Source: Thermoplasmatota archaeon
GTDB taxonomy: Archaea; Thermoplasmatota; Penumbrarchaeia; Penumbrarchaeales; Penumbrarchaeaceae
Direction of reading: 5' to 3'
Length of the DNA stretch: 64,000 nucleotides
Assembly: GCA_048569615.1 (NCBI GenBank)
Contig: JBLIRK010000002.1
Span: 8,390-72,389 of the forward strand
The position numbers and the translations under genes are program-made. Within the stretch, counting starts at the first letter, position 1. The number at the start of each line of letters is the position of its first letter. The notes under the pieces are model-generated. The model was not told where the DNA came from. It did no database searches and worked only from the letters and a program-made list of their open reading frames with translations. Positions 10,017 through 20,256 of the stretch are shown in pieces.

Positions 10017-10484
10017 TTAACTGCTGACAAGGCAGTATGTATTGGAATCCCTGATATGCTCTTCGGAGAATCCGATGAACCTAGACAGGACCTGCATCTG
10101 CCCCTCCAGCTGGTGGTTGTCCACCTCGAACCTGAAATCGGGATTGTACTCCTTTCCGTTCTTCATGTGGAAGGATACTCCCTTGTGCACATTGTAGTAT
10201 ATCATCATAACATCCCTGAGAACAACGGTCCTTGAGCGGTAGGGATTGATGAACTCTATCCTGTCCTTATAGACAACCATCACCTCATAGACGCTTGCAA
10301 GGATGAAAATGAAGAATATCATCCATAAGATGATATACGGAATTGGGGCGAGTGCATAGAAGCCGGCTGGCTCGAAATAGGACATATATGCCAGATACAG
10401 GAACAGCGGAACGGCAGGCAGCAGCAGCCATACAAGCAGCTTTCTTATTGACCTGTCGTTTCGATAGACCTGACTGATCTCCAT
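10017..10484 (-). CDS. hypothetical integral membrane protein
   Basis: Two strongly hydrophobic helices followed by a soluble C-terminal domain. The track start at 10583 would place a TATA-like element (ATTTATAC) inside the coding sequence, so the internal ATG at 10484 is preferred. Confidence 0.45.
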   Translation of the reverse strand: MEISQVYRNDRSIRKLLVWLLLPAVPLFLYLAYMSYFEPAGFYALAPIPYIILWMIFFIFILASVYEVMVVYKDRIEFINPYRSRTVVLRDVMMIYYNVHKGVSFHMKNGKEYNPDFRFEVDNHQLEGQMQVLSRFIGFSEEHIRDSNTYCLVSS

Positions 10485-10592
10485 GCCAATACAACCCGGA
10501 AGGAGCGATACAAAGCTTTCCTCGGACTCCCCCCGATAAAAAAGGCCTCGAAACCACTTAATACTTCTGTATAAATGCTCCAAATAAGCGTT

Positions 10593-11795
10593 TCAATTGA
10601 CTGGTCTTGCTCCCATGAGATCTATCTCGCAGACCTGAACATCTCCCCTTTTCTTCCATATGTCAAGCACCCTTTTCTTCGCGGATGCGCCGCCGTGGCC
10701 TCCCACGAATGCAAATACAGAATTGCCGATCATGATCTGTGATGCGGGCAGGATGTCCTGGACCTCCATCAGCGCACCCTTGACGGTCATGTTCTGAAGC
10801 TTGGTGAGCCTTGAGAACTGCGAGCTCTCCTGGAGCATCCTCTCCGGGGAAGGATCCTTTATCAGGCCTCCCAATGCTGTCTCCCCGGCCTCATTTATCC
10901 TCTTTCTCTTGTTGGTATCCTTCAGAACATCGGAGGTTTTAATCTCCTCTCCCACGATGAGGAATGCTACCGAGGGAGGGGAATCCAGATTGACAGGAAT
11001 GGTGTGGACCTCGCCGTAGGGAGGGATACCGGGGGCAAGTCTCATTTCGATCCCGCCCCTGGCCTGGGCGACAACATCGCCAAGACCGCCCCCGATCAGG
11101 ATATCTGCCCTGTGGGCCGAAGCGACAAGGTCCTTGTAGCTTATGATGCCCACCTCCTCGTTGGCCTGGGACTCATCAAGCCACCTCCTTGCGGTCCTTA
11201 CCTCCCCCCCTTCCTCCATCATACCCGAAGCCTTGCCCGAGGCCTTAACCGGGTCCAGCTTCTCCACGAGAGGGCCGGTATAAAGCTGAACGTGGGATGT
11301 CAGCCTCCGCTTCAGGGGTTTTATCTTGAACTCTCCCGTGTCCATGGAGAAATAGTTTTCCTGCTGGGCCTTGAACCTGAGCTTTCTGTCCCATCCGGGA
11401 ATATCCGAATAAATGGCCTCCCAAACTGCCACGGCCGTTGAGAGGGCTCCGGCACCAGACATGCCAAATCCCTGCCCTACGGGCAGCTGCAGGTTGATCC
11501 TGAGCTGAACTTCCCAACCCTTCCCCCTCTCGGGAAGGAGACTCTCCAGAACCGCTCCGTAGATCCTCGGGTCCTGTTCGAAATCATTCGTACCCTTTAT
11601 GGCAAGCTTTAAAGAAAGCGGTTTCTTCGAACCGGTTTCCTCGGGTGCTCTCAGGACCACCGAGGAAAGGGCTCCCAAAGAAAGGTTTACGCCGGCTCCC
11701 CTGGACCCTCTTCTAAGAACATCCTTGGAGCAGTCGTGGATTGAAAAGAAACCCGTTATGTGGCCGGGACAGAATCCGATGCCTCTCAGGACCAT
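10593..11795 (-). CDS. GHMP-family kinase, probably archaeal pantoate kinase
   Basis: GHMP motif II-like P-V-G-Q-G-F-G-M-S-G-A. The N-terminus ..CPGHITGFF..GSRGAGVNLS.. resembles archaeal pantoate kinases. Lies immediately upstream of coaBC (13-nt gap). Its 400-aa length exceeds the ~300-aa typical PoK, so the assignment is tentative. Confidence 0.55.
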   Translation of the reverse strand: MVLRGIGFCPGHITGFFSIHDCSKDVLRRGSRGAGVNLSLGALSSVVLRAPEETGSKKPLSLKLAIKGTNDFEQDPRIYGAVLESLLPERGKGWEVQLRINLQLPVGQGFGMSGAGALSTAVAVWEAIYSDIPGWDRKLRFKAQQENYFSMDTGEFKIKPLKRRLTSHVQLYTGPLVEKLDPVKASGKASGMMEEGGEVRTARRWLDESQANEEVGIISYKDLVASAHRADILIGGGLGDVVAQARGGIEMRLAPGIPPYGEVHTIPVNLDSPPSVAFLIVGEEIKTSDVLKDTNKRKRINEAGETALGGLIKDPSPERMLQESSQFSRLTKLQNMTVKGALMEVQDILPASQIMIGNSVFAFVGGHGGASAKKRVLDIWKKRGDVQVCEIDLMGARPVN

Positions 11796-11808
11796 TTAGC
11801 AGTCTCCA

Positions 11809-12984
11809 TCACAATCCCTTCAATTCCGATGCCTTATCTATGATAAACCGGGCAATATCCTCCTTGGAACCCTCCAGCCTGAATGCTTCCTTATCGGGGG
11901 TGATCAGGAGTACCTTGTTCTCATCGCTCTTAACATCCCCGAGGTCATTGGCAACGATCAAACCCAGGGAGAGTTCCCTAAGCTTTTTGTACGCCCTCTT
12001 CAGCAGCTCCTCACGATTGCCTCCGGTCGATTCGGCTTTATAACCTATGGTGAACACATCTGGATAGAGGCGGAGGAATCTCTCGATGACCTTAGGTGTG
12101 GGCTCCATTTCGATGGTAATGTTCTCCTTACCAGAAGGGAGCTTGCCTTCGACCTTTACAGGCGAATAGTCGGAGATCCCGGCAGCGAATATGGCCATAT
12201 CCGGAACGGCCCATTCGTTGGAAAGCAGCTCCACCTTGGATATCAGGTCTGCCACCGTGCCAAACCTGCTCACCTCGAGATGTTCCGGTATGGAATGGAC
12301 GTTATCACCTGCAAGAAGCATGACATCGGCTCCGTTCCTGTAGGCTTCGGTTCCGAGGGAAATTCCTGTCCTGCCTGTTGCAAGGTTCGTTACCGCCCTC
12401 ATGTCATCGATGGGCTCTACCGTAGCACCCGTTACTATCAGGACCTTCTGACCCTTCATTCGGCCTTTTAGAAGAAGGCGCAGGACCTCCTCGACGATGA
12501 CGCCCGTTCCGGCCATCTTTGCCTTTTTTTCCTCGAAGACCGGTTCGACAAATCGTATCCCCATCTGTTTTGCGGTCTCAATGTTCTCCATGACCTTGGG
12601 GTGCTCATACATAGTATTATGCATTGCGGGCACTACCATCACTGGTATCCCAGTACCTATGGCGGTCGTCAGGAAGGTGGTAACGGGAGTGTCATCTATT
12701 CCGTGGACCATCTTGCCGAGGGTATTTGCGGTGCAGGGTGCGATAAGGAGCAGGTCGGCCCTGTCGGGCACATCCCCGCAGTATTTAACATGCTCCACCT
12801 GGCCCGTAAGCTCAGTTATTACCGGCTCCCCTGTTGCGAACTCTATGGCATCCCTTCCCACAATCCTCTCCGCCCAGGGGGTCATGACTGCCCGAACGAT
12901 AGCTCCGTGGCGGAGGAGCTCCCTTATGAGCTTTACGCACTCCACAGCAGCTATGGAGCCCGTTATCCCGATGACTATACTCAT
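11809..12984 (-). CDS. coaBC: bifunctional phosphopantothenoylcysteine decarboxylase / phosphopantothenate-cysteine ligase (CoaBC/Dfp)
   Basis: N-terminal flavoprotein domain (MSIVIGITGSIAAVE..), followed by a DFP ligase domain. ATG confirmed at 12984; the track ORF extends to 13113. Confidence 0.85.
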   Translation of the reverse strand: MSIVIGITGSIAAVECVKLIRELLRHGAIVRAVMTPWAERIVGRDAIEFATGEPVITELTGQVEHVKYCGDVPDRADLLLIAPCTANTLGKMVHGIDDTPVTTFLTTAIGTGIPVMVVPAMHNTMYEHPKVMENIETAKQMGIRFVEPVFEEKKAKMAGTGVIVEEVLRLLLKGRMKGQKVLIVTGATVEPIDDMRAVTNLATGRTGISLGTEAYRNGADVMLLAGDNVHSIPEHLEVSRFGTVADLISKVELLSNEWAVPDMAIFAAGISDYSPVKVEGKLPSGKENITIEMEPTPKVIERFLRLYPDVFTIGYKAESTGGNREELLKRAYKKLRELSLGLIVANDLGDVKSDENKVLLITPDKEAFRLEGSKEDIARFIIDKASELKGL

Positions 12985-13189
12985 TCCTGCCAGTCTATCG
13001 GAGCGGGCTCCTCTGATATCCTCAGAGGGATGCATGGGGCCCCAATAAGAAACATTGTAATATAGATTTTCTAAGGGATGGCCCCCAACCTTCGGGCAAA
13101 ATTCTTCAGGCACCCTTCGCCAAAGGATATATTAATAGGGGTAATCTTGTTATTTGCAATCAAGACCCAAATGGCCGGGGGAGCGAAAA

Positions 13190-16100
13190 ATGAGAGATGG
13201 GAGAAGAAACGGACATTGGAAGGAAATTCCCTTAGGATTGATCATGGTTTCCCTGATGCTGATAGGGCAGCTGCCCTTTGTTATTCATGCATCGGAACCG
13301 ATCGAGGGGATAGTCTATGTAGGGCCTTCAAGGACATACAAGACCATCAATTCAGCCATCGAGAATTCATCGGGCGGAGATACCATTGTCGTGGACGGGG
13401 GCACATACAATGAAACGGTGACAGCAAATGTTGATCAAACCGTGATCATGCCAAGCTCAGACCAACAGGTGATCATTAACGGCAGTGCCGGCAGACCGGC
13501 AGTGATAATCGAGGGAAGGAACGTCGTATTGACCGGATTTACCGTCAGATCGGGTGAAATATCGGTGAGGTCCCAAAGTGTATCGATCTCTAACCTGAAC
13601 CTCAGTTCTGAACATGGCCCATGTATATCGATAATAGATTCGAACGACACGGATGTCCGGAACGTCACAATACATGAACCCTATAATGACTGCATCATGA
13701 TACGATCGTCAAAGAATGTCAGTGCAAGCAAGATATATGCAAATGGATTGAACGCCACCTGTATCAGCGTATCGAACTCGAACAACGTCAATATCTCGGA
13801 GATCGACCTTCAGCTCAACGAGAACGGAAGGGGGATCTTTGCTGTGAATACGACCTCCCTCACGATCGACGGTGCTTTCATCAAGGGTTTCAAAGCACCC
13901 AGCTCCGGGATCGTATTAAACAACGTCACCATATCAAAAATAACAAATTCCAACATCAACGTTACAAAGATCGGATTAGATATCTGGAACTCCCTGAACG
14001 GGATCATAGTGGATTCGGTTTTCTTCACTTCGGGAAACGGCGCATCGGGAATATTTATAGACACTTCCAATACTTTCAACATCTCGAGGAGCCAGTTCTT
14101 TATCGGGGAAGGCGCCGAAGGGATCTCGATCCTTGCCACAACCTATTTTTCTCTCGACAACTCAACGATGCAGATAGTTGGCAAGGGCGGGACCGGAATG
14201 GAAATGACCGGGGCTTCTCTGTTTAAGGTAATGGACAACAACGCCCAGGTCAGATGGGACAAGGGGATCGTTGCCAAGCTTTACGGCTGCGGTGACGGAC
14301 AGATAGGGTCCTTGATAGCCAATATCCAGAAGTCCAACGGTTCCGGTATTTGCATGGAGGATTCAATGAACATCACAGCGTTCAACTGCATGCTTACATC
14401 GACCGGGGGAGGCGCAGAACTGCTCTGCCTGTCGAATACGAAAAAAATTACCTCACGCAACTCGGATTGGATGGTTTCGGGTCGAAACAGCACTGCAGTC
14501 CGGTTGAGCTCCGGGAGCAGCCTGTTCTCCCTCGAGGACCTGGTATCCATTTCAGGAAGCAGGTCCAAAGGTTTCCTTATCAGGAGCTCGTCCCTGGAGG
14601 TCAACGACATAACCGCTTCGGTGTATTCACAAGCCGGTGAAGTCATCAATTCAACGGACTGCTCCGTATCCGTAGAGGATTCGACCTTCTACGGAATAGG
14701 TGCGGATTCACTTCTTTTCATGTCCAGGGCCGACAAGGGGCTGGATATCATATCATCCGATCTATGGCTGACGGGTGAAAACTCCCAAGGGATGATCATA
14801 CAGGTTCCGGCTGGGATTATCAACTTCACGCAATCCGGCATGGAAGGCGAGATCGGATCGGGAATGCCCATACTTGTGCACGGAGAAGGATCCTTCATGA
14901 ACATCCGGCACAGCTTCATCAACACAACCTCGGGAATGGAGCTTCTGGGTTTCTTCGGCGCCAAATTGGCCATCGCCAACTCCACACTCACGGGAGAAGG
15001 GACATCTCTCACGATCCAGAACACTCCGGATGTGGCCATAGAGAATTCGATCATCAACTCACCGAGGAACATAGACCTTTTCAATTCCGGACTGAGGGCC
15101 AGGTCTTCCGACCTCAGCGGTGAAGCGTACTCTCTGTTCGCATTCAGCGGATCACACGCCAGATTGCTTGACAGCTACTCAGGGGAGCTCAACGCGGATG
15201 ACCTCAGCACCATCGAGGTCTTGAGCACGATCAGGATAGTAACCGTGGACAGGTTCTCCGCTCCCCTTCCGGGAGTTGATCTCAGGATAGAGAATTTTGG
15301 AAATATGATGTATCAAACCCCGCATTTCGATCCGGGATCAACGGATGAGAGAACGAACGAAATGGGAGGCATTGCGCCTCTCGAGATGCTGTATGAATTC
15401 TACAATGGGTCGAGCACCCCTATAAAAGACAATACAACCGTGGAAGTATTCCTTCAAGGGGATTCCGGGGAAAACTGGGACGATATCTTTGATATCAACA
15501 CCTCCCATCCCCACACGAGGTACCTAATCTCCCCCGACATAGACAGACCGATGAAACCCCGGAACTTCACAGCTGTGAATGTACCGAAATCCCAGAAGGT
15601 ATTTCTGAACTGGGATTTGAACTCAGATGATACGGAGGAGTATCACATCTACTTCAGATATCTGGACGAAAGCTCTCCAAGAGACCCCGTTATCCTGCCC
15701 AGGCTGAACGCCACCTGGACATCGGGAGACCTGGGACCTTCCCAGAAGATCATATTCTGGGTGAGGGCATTTGACGGAACATGGCCCTCCGACCCCACGG
15801 AGCCCGTACTTCTGACCACGGGAGATATCACACCTCCGATACCCCCGTCCGACATATTCGAGGTCAACCGATCTGACTCATCGATAACAATAGGATGGGC
15901 GCATCCGGGTGAGCCGGACCTTGCGGGATTCAGGGTAATGATGAACATAACCCCCTCGGGCAATGAATTCAGTGAGATCGGCCGGACCGGCCCCCAGGCG
16001 AGGAGCTTCAAAGCAGATGGATTGACGTGGGGTACGAAATATTCGTTCAAGGTCATGGCCTTTGATTCGAATAACAACCCCTCGGACCCGTCAAGGACTA

Positions 16101-17647
16101 TCTCGGTAAGGACCCTAAGTCCTTCACTGAGCGTCAGGATCAACCTTACATATTCGGACCAGGGGCCCTTGGCGGAGAGACCGGGGACCAACTGCACCGT
16201 TGAGCTTCTCCTCAACGGATCTGTCATCGCAACCTCAAAGACGGACATGATCAACGGGACCGTGAGGCTGTCCGGCCTCCAACCTTTCACAGAATACCTT
16301 GTGAGGGCTTATCCTCACAAGGACTACCAGGGAGTGAATGGTGAGAGGAGCGGATATCTATCGGCGGAAAGCGAGGCCTTTTCGATCGATCCGTACCACA
16401 AGATCCTGGAACTCGACCTTATCTTCGATTATTATCAGAGGAGCGTGAACGGCACGGTCAGGATCAAGGTGTCCTTCGGACAGGACGGAGAGAGGTCCGG
16501 ACCGGTTTTCGGTGCAAAGGTGGAAAGATATGAACAGGGAGCCGGTCTCATCGAAACAAAATACACAAATGCGGACGGGGTGACCCTTTTCATAGTGTCC
16601 GATCTGCCGTTTTCAGGGTGGTTCCAGATCACTCCCCCGACCGACCTCATGGGAGATCCCTTATCACAAAGGACGGGATATCTCGGCAATGTCACTGAAA
16701 GGGTTCTCCTGACCCTCGATGAGCCTGACCTGGGAACTATAGAGGTGTTCCTCGACTACTATCTATTCGTTCCTCCACTCGAGGAGCTGTTGATACTTTC
16801 GGCCTCTCCGAAGGGTGGCACCGAATCCCTGGATGCCCCGATAATCATTACCTTCAACCAGCCTGTCAGGAGGAGCAGCGTAGAGGAGGCTTTCAAGGTT
16901 GTCCCAGCATTGAAGGATCCCGTTTTCACCTGGTCCTCCGGCAACAGGACCATGACCGTAACCCACGGGGACCTTCTGCCTGAGACGGAGTACACAGTGA
17001 GGATCGATGCGACCGCCGAATCGGTTGCTGGCACCAGGTTTCCCACGGGCTACATGAACAATACATGGAAGTTCACGACAACCGCCCTTCCCCATGCGGA
17101 TGGAGACGGAGGAGGCGACAATACGAACACCATACTGATCATTGCCCTTGTGGCCATTATAATTGTAATAATCATTCTGGTCTATGCGAGGATTAGCTCC
17201 AGAAGGGAAGAGCGGGTCTATGGAACGGATTATACTGAATATGGCGAGGGCTACGAAGATGACTTCTACGATGCCATGGACGATATTGAAGGAGAGTACC
17301 CGGACGACCTGGCCGATCAGATGGCAGGTGTGGGGATGCCCTTCGAGGACGAGTACGATGAGGAAGAATACCCGGAGGATGAGCTGATGGCAGAGGAAGG
17401 AGAGCTTGTCCCCGAAGAAGAGATCGTTGAGGAGTACGGGGAGCCATCCGAAGTGGATGAAGAGAAGGAGCCGGAGGAGATCCCGATCGAGGATGAGGTT
17501 TTCGAGGAGATGGAGGAGCTTGACGTTGAAGAGGAGGAAAGGACTGAGGACCTCCATACCGAGGACATTGCTCCCGGAGAAGGAGTGGAAAAGAAGGAAA
17601 AAACCAAAAAACACAAAAAGAAATCCAAGAAGAAGAGGAAAAAATAA
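13190..17647 (+). CDS. giant type I surface protein: right-handed beta-helix (NosD-like) repeats, two FN3 domains and an Ig-like domain, then a TM anchor and an acidic-then-polybasic cytoplasmic tail
   Basis: Signal peptide (..LGLIMVSLMLIGQLPFVIHASEP). Many parallel beta-helix repeats and dozens of N-x-S/T sequons. C-terminal TM helix ILIIALVAIIIVIIILV. A ~150-aa Glu/Asp/Tyr-rich tail ends in KKEKTKKHKKKSKKKRKK. The track start 13154 is TTG; the ATG at 13190 has GGGGGAG 8 nt upstream. Confidence 0.8.
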   Translation: MRDGRRNGHWKEIPLGLIMVSLMLIGQLPFVIHASEPIEGIVYVGPSRTYKTINSAIENSSGGDTIVVDGGTYNETVTANVDQTVIMPSSDQQVIINGSAGRPAVIIEGRNVVLTGFTVRSGEISVRSQSVSISNLNLSSEHGPCISIIDSNDTDVRNVTIHEPYNDCIMIRSSKNVSASKIYANGLNATCISVSNSNNVNISEIDLQLNENGRGIFAVNTTSLTIDGAFIKGFKAPSSGIVLNNVTISKITNSNINVTKIGLDIWNSLNGIIVDSVFFTSGNGASGIFIDTSNTFNISRSQFFIGEGAEGISILATTYFSLDNSTMQIVGKGGTGMEMTGASLFKVMDNNAQVRWDKGIVAKLYGCGDGQIGSLIANIQKSNGSGICMEDSMNITAFNCMLTSTGGGAELLCLSNTKKITSRNSDWMVSGRNSTAVRLSSGSSLFSLEDLVSISGSRSKGFLIRSSSLEVNDITASVYSQAGEVINSTDCSVSVEDSTFYGIGADSLLFMSRADKGLDIISSDLWLTGENSQGMIIQVPAGIINFTQSGMEGEIGSGMPILVHGEGSFMNIRHSFINTTSGMELLGFFGAKLAIANSTLTGEGTSLTIQNTPDVAIENSIINSPRNIDLFNSGLRARSSDLSGEAYSLFAFSGSHARLLDSYSGELNADDLSTIEVLSTIRIVTVDRFSAPLPGVDLRIENFGNMMYQTPHFDPGSTDERTNEMGGIAPLEMLYEFYNGSSTPIKDNTTVEVFLQGDSGENWDDIFDINTSHPHTRYLISPDIDRPMKPRNFTAVNVPKSQKVFLNWDLNSDDTEEYHIYFRYLDESSPRDPVILPRLNATWTSGDLGPSQKIIFWVRAFDGTWPSDPTEPVLLTTGDITPPIPPSDIFEVNRSDSSITIGWAHPGEPDLAGFRVMMNITPSGNEFSEIGRTGPQARSFKADGLTWGTKYSFKVMAFDSNNNPSDPSRTISVRTLSPSLSVRINLTYSDQGPLAERPGTNCTVELLLNGSVIATSKTDMINGTVRLSGLQPFTEYLVRAYPHKDYQGVNGERSGYLSAESEAFSIDPYHKILELDLIFDYYQRSVNGTVRIKVSFGQDGERSGPVFGAKVERYEQGAGLIETKYTNADGVTLFIVSDLPFSGWFQITPPTDLMGDPLSQRTGYLGNVTERVLLTLDEPDLGTIEVFLDYYLFVPPLEELLILSASPKGGTESLDAPIIITFNQPVRRSSVEEAFKVVPALKDPVFTWSSGNRTMTVTHGDLLPETEYTVRIDATAESVAGTRFPTGYMNNTWKFTTTALPHADGDGGGDNTNTILIIALVAIIIVIIILVYARISSRREERVYGTDYTEYGEGYEDDFYDAMDDIEGEYPDDLADQMAGVGMPFEDEYDEEEYPEDELMAEEGELVPEEEIVEEYGEPSEVDEEKEPEEIPIEDEVFEEMEELDVEEEERTEDLHTEDIAPGEGVEKKEKTKKHKKKSKKKRKK

Positions 17648-17650
17648 ACC

Positions 17651-18199
17651 TCATTTCCCATTCTCGATCCGCACAAGCTCGAGATTCTCCAGATATGCCA
17701 TGAACTTGGCAAGCCTGGGGTACAAGGGCTCAACATCCTTGCCGAACTTGAGCTTGAGCCTCTTTCCAATAGCCCTGACATCCCTTTTACCGTCTATCGA
17801 ATCCCAGACATACCATCCGTAGTAATCCATCCGTACCCTCCGTACGGTCTTCATCTTTATGAAAGAGGCGGCCCTTCTCCACCTGTCGGACCGGTATAGC
17901 GGAACAAGCAGGAAATCCCCATCCCTTTCAAGGCCGGACCTCCTTCTCGGAACGAGATCAAGTAGGTTGACTATCCGCGGATCCCTTCTTGCAGCTTCTT
18001 CCAGCAGGGCAGGTCGGTCATCATCATCAACTTTCACCTTGGAGCTCTCGTATATGCCCTTTATCTTGTCGTAACGCTCCCTAATCAGCTCCTCATCGGT
18101 CCTTGCCCACCAGGGCCTCTCCCTCTTAGGTTTTTCTTTTTTCGGCTCTTCCTGCTTCTTGACCGGTGGAGATAGAGGCCTCTTCATCTTCTTCCCCAT
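17651..18199 (-). CDS. PqqD-like (RRE-fold peptide-binding) domain protein with a basic N-terminus
   Basis: C-terminal ..YGWYVWDSIDGKRDVRAIGKRLKLKFGKDVEPLYPRLAKFMAYLENLELVRI.. follows the PqqD consensus (W..DG.rtv.eI...l...f....e...di..fl..L...glv). The N-terminal 40 aa are Lys/Pro/Glu-rich. Last gene of the 20883..17651 minus-strand run. Confidence 0.45.
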   Translation of the reverse strand: MGKKMKRPLSPPVKKQEEPKKEKPKRERPWWARTDEELIRERYDKIKGIYESSKVKVDDDDRPALLEEAARRDPRIVNLLDLVPRRRSGLERDGDFLLVPLYRSDRWRRAASFIKMKTVRRVRMDYYGWYVWDSIDGKRDVRAIGKRLKLKFGKDVEPLYPRLAKFMAYLENLELVRIENGK

Positions 18200-18216
18200 A
18201 GGCTTTCCCCGCTCAA

Positions 18217-20253
18217 TTACCTCTTTCTGAGGGTTCCTATGATCTCACCGAATGACAGACCTGCAACGTGCTCCCTGATGACCATGTACACTATTAGCAG
18301 CATTATGAAGAGAAGGCCGAAAATTCCGGGATACATGCTGGGAGCCGTGAACACCTTAATGGATCCTATGATCGGTTCGGCAATTATCAAACCTGCAACG
18401 ATCACACCTAGGACAGCTTCACCCGCAACAAGCCCAGCGGCAAAGAGCAGACCTTTATTGAAGGTATCTTCCTTGTTATCCTTCACCTTTGCCTCGAGCT
18501 GCTCCTTGGAAAGCCCGGCCGAATCGTACATATTTGTCTTGTTCACAATTATCCTCTCTGAGATCCAGCCCAGGAGACCTCCGATGGCGATGGGTGTTGT
18601 CAGGGTGAAAGGCAGGTAGATCCCTATAGCCACGGCCATGACCGGAAGCTTTCTCCAGATCAGAATGATGGCAAGGACCAGGCCAATAAGGAACATGATG
18701 TAGTTGAACTGCATCCGGAATATGGCATCCACGGTTGATCCCATGATGACCGCCTGGGGCGCAGGAAGTGATTGGCTCCCGATCGTGAATGCCTCTGCAA
18801 GCATCATAACGACAAAGGGTATGGCTAATGCGCCGACCGCCACCCCTATGAACCTGCCCCACTGGATCTTGATGGGCGTGGCTCCGAGGATCTGGGCTGT
18901 CTTAAGCTCTTGCATTGAATCCCCGGCTATAGCCGCTGAGCAGCAAACCACGGCTGCAACAAGTATCGTGGCTCCCATGGGGTCTTTCAATGCTGAGATG
19001 CCTATCAGGTCGAATCCGAGAAGAACGAACGCCGTAAGGACAAGGGTTGTGATGGTGACGGATGAAATGGGATTGTTCGAAGAGCCGACGATACCCGCTA
19101 GATACCCTGCTACCGCAGTGAAGAAGAACGTGGCACCGAACATTACTATCGCCAGGACTATGGATGTATGTATTTCCCCCGTCACCCCGAGGTAGATAGC
19201 AACCACAACGATGAATATTATGAGGAGGTAGATCGGCGATACCGAAAAATCCCTCTCGGTTCGGATCGGGGCGGGAACCGAGCCGCTTACCTTCTTCCCT
19301 CCAAGTGTTTGTTTTATGCTCTGGACCAGAGTTTTCCTCATGGACCACAGGGTGTAGCTTCCACCCGTCAAAACGGCTCCTATGCCTATCCATTTGGTCT
19401 CCTCGAACCAGACCTTAGTTATCGCTTCGATCCCGTGATAGGTTTTTTCTATATTGGTTATCGGATCCTCGTAGGTCCAGTTGTTGATATAACCGATTAT
19501 CGGAAGTGCTATCACCCAGCCAAGCACCCCTCCGGAGAATACAATGAAGGAGATCTTGGGGCCTATGATGTAGCCGACACCCAAAAGGGCCGGGGAGACA
19601 TGGACGCCGCCGAAGAGCTTCAATCGGCTTGTGTTCGAGGGTACTACGCCCTGGATCTGGTCCTGCCAGAGGGAGAGACCTGACCCGGATGCAAGTTTCA
19701 TGAAGCCTCCGATGCCGGCTGCCAGCAGGATGTAGTAGATCCCCCTTCCGCCCTTCTCCATGGCCTTGAGCACCTCCGCAGCCGCCACACCCTCGGGATA
19801 GGGCAGGTCGAGGTCCTCTATGAAGACCTTCCTGAGCGGGATCGTGAACAAGATGCCGAATAGACCGCCGATCAGGGCGATGATTATCATTATCAGAAGG
19901 TTCCAGAAATCAAGCATGGTCTCCCAGCCGGCCCCCTCATTGCCGGGGAGCGAGCGGATAATGAGCATTGCCGGGAAAGTGAATATGATACCCGCAGCCA
20001 GTGCCTCTCCGGCCACGCCTATGTTCTTGGACATGTTGATCTCGAGTATGTTGCCTTTGAACAGCTTCAGGATCGCAAGTGCGAAAACCAGGGAAGGGAT
20101 CGTTGCTGAAACCGTCATCCCGACGAAGAGGCCGAGGTATGCATTCGCGGCGCCCATCACGAGGGTTATGATCACACCCACAATGATGGCCTTGAAGGAG
20201 AATTCCGGAATATCCTGGTCTGGAGAGATGTAGGGCTCGAAATCCTGTGCCAC
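18217..20253 (-). CDS. OPT-family oligopeptide transporter
   Basis: 678 aa with ~16 TM helices and typical OPT blocks. GTG start 3 nt after the stop of the upstream 208-aa gene, with GAGGGG at -5. Confidence 0.85.
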   Translation of the reverse strand: MAQDFEPYISPDQDIPEFSFKAIIVGVIITLVMGAANAYLGLFVGMTVSATIPSLVFALAILKLFKGNILEINMSKNIGVAGEALAAGIIFTFPAMLIIRSLPGNEGAGWETMLDFWNLLIMIIIALIGGLFGILFTIPLRKVFIEDLDLPYPEGVAAAEVLKAMEKGGRGIYYILLAAGIGGFMKLASGSGLSLWQDQIQGVVPSNTSRLKLFGGVHVSPALLGVGYIIGPKISFIVFSGGVLGWVIALPIIGYINNWTYEDPITNIEKTYHGIEAITKVWFEETKWIGIGAVLTGGSYTLWSMRKTLVQSIKQTLGGKKVSGSVPAPIRTERDFSVSPIYLLIIFIVVVAIYLGVTGEIHTSIVLAIVMFGATFFFTAVAGYLAGIVGSSNNPISSVTITTLVLTAFVLLGFDLIGISALKDPMGATILVAAVVCCSAAIAGDSMQELKTAQILGATPIKIQWGRFIGVAVGALAIPFVVMMLAEAFTIGSQSLPAPQAVIMGSTVDAIFRMQFNYIMFLIGLVLAIILIWRKLPVMAVAIGIYLPFTLTTPIAIGGLLGWISERIIVNKTNMYDSAGLSKEQLEAKVKDNKEDTFNKGLLFAAGLVAGEAVLGVIVAGLIIAEPIIGSIKVFTAPSMYPGIFGLLFIMLLIVYMVIREHVAGLSFGEIIGTLRKR

Positions 20254-20256
20254 CGA

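Noticed and set aside
16763-17781. 283-aa and 154-aa minus-strand ORFs inside the 3' end of the 1497-aa gene
   Set aside because: Antisense to the acidic/polybasic tail region. Low-complexity Leu/Phe/Ser sequence. Shadow ORFs.
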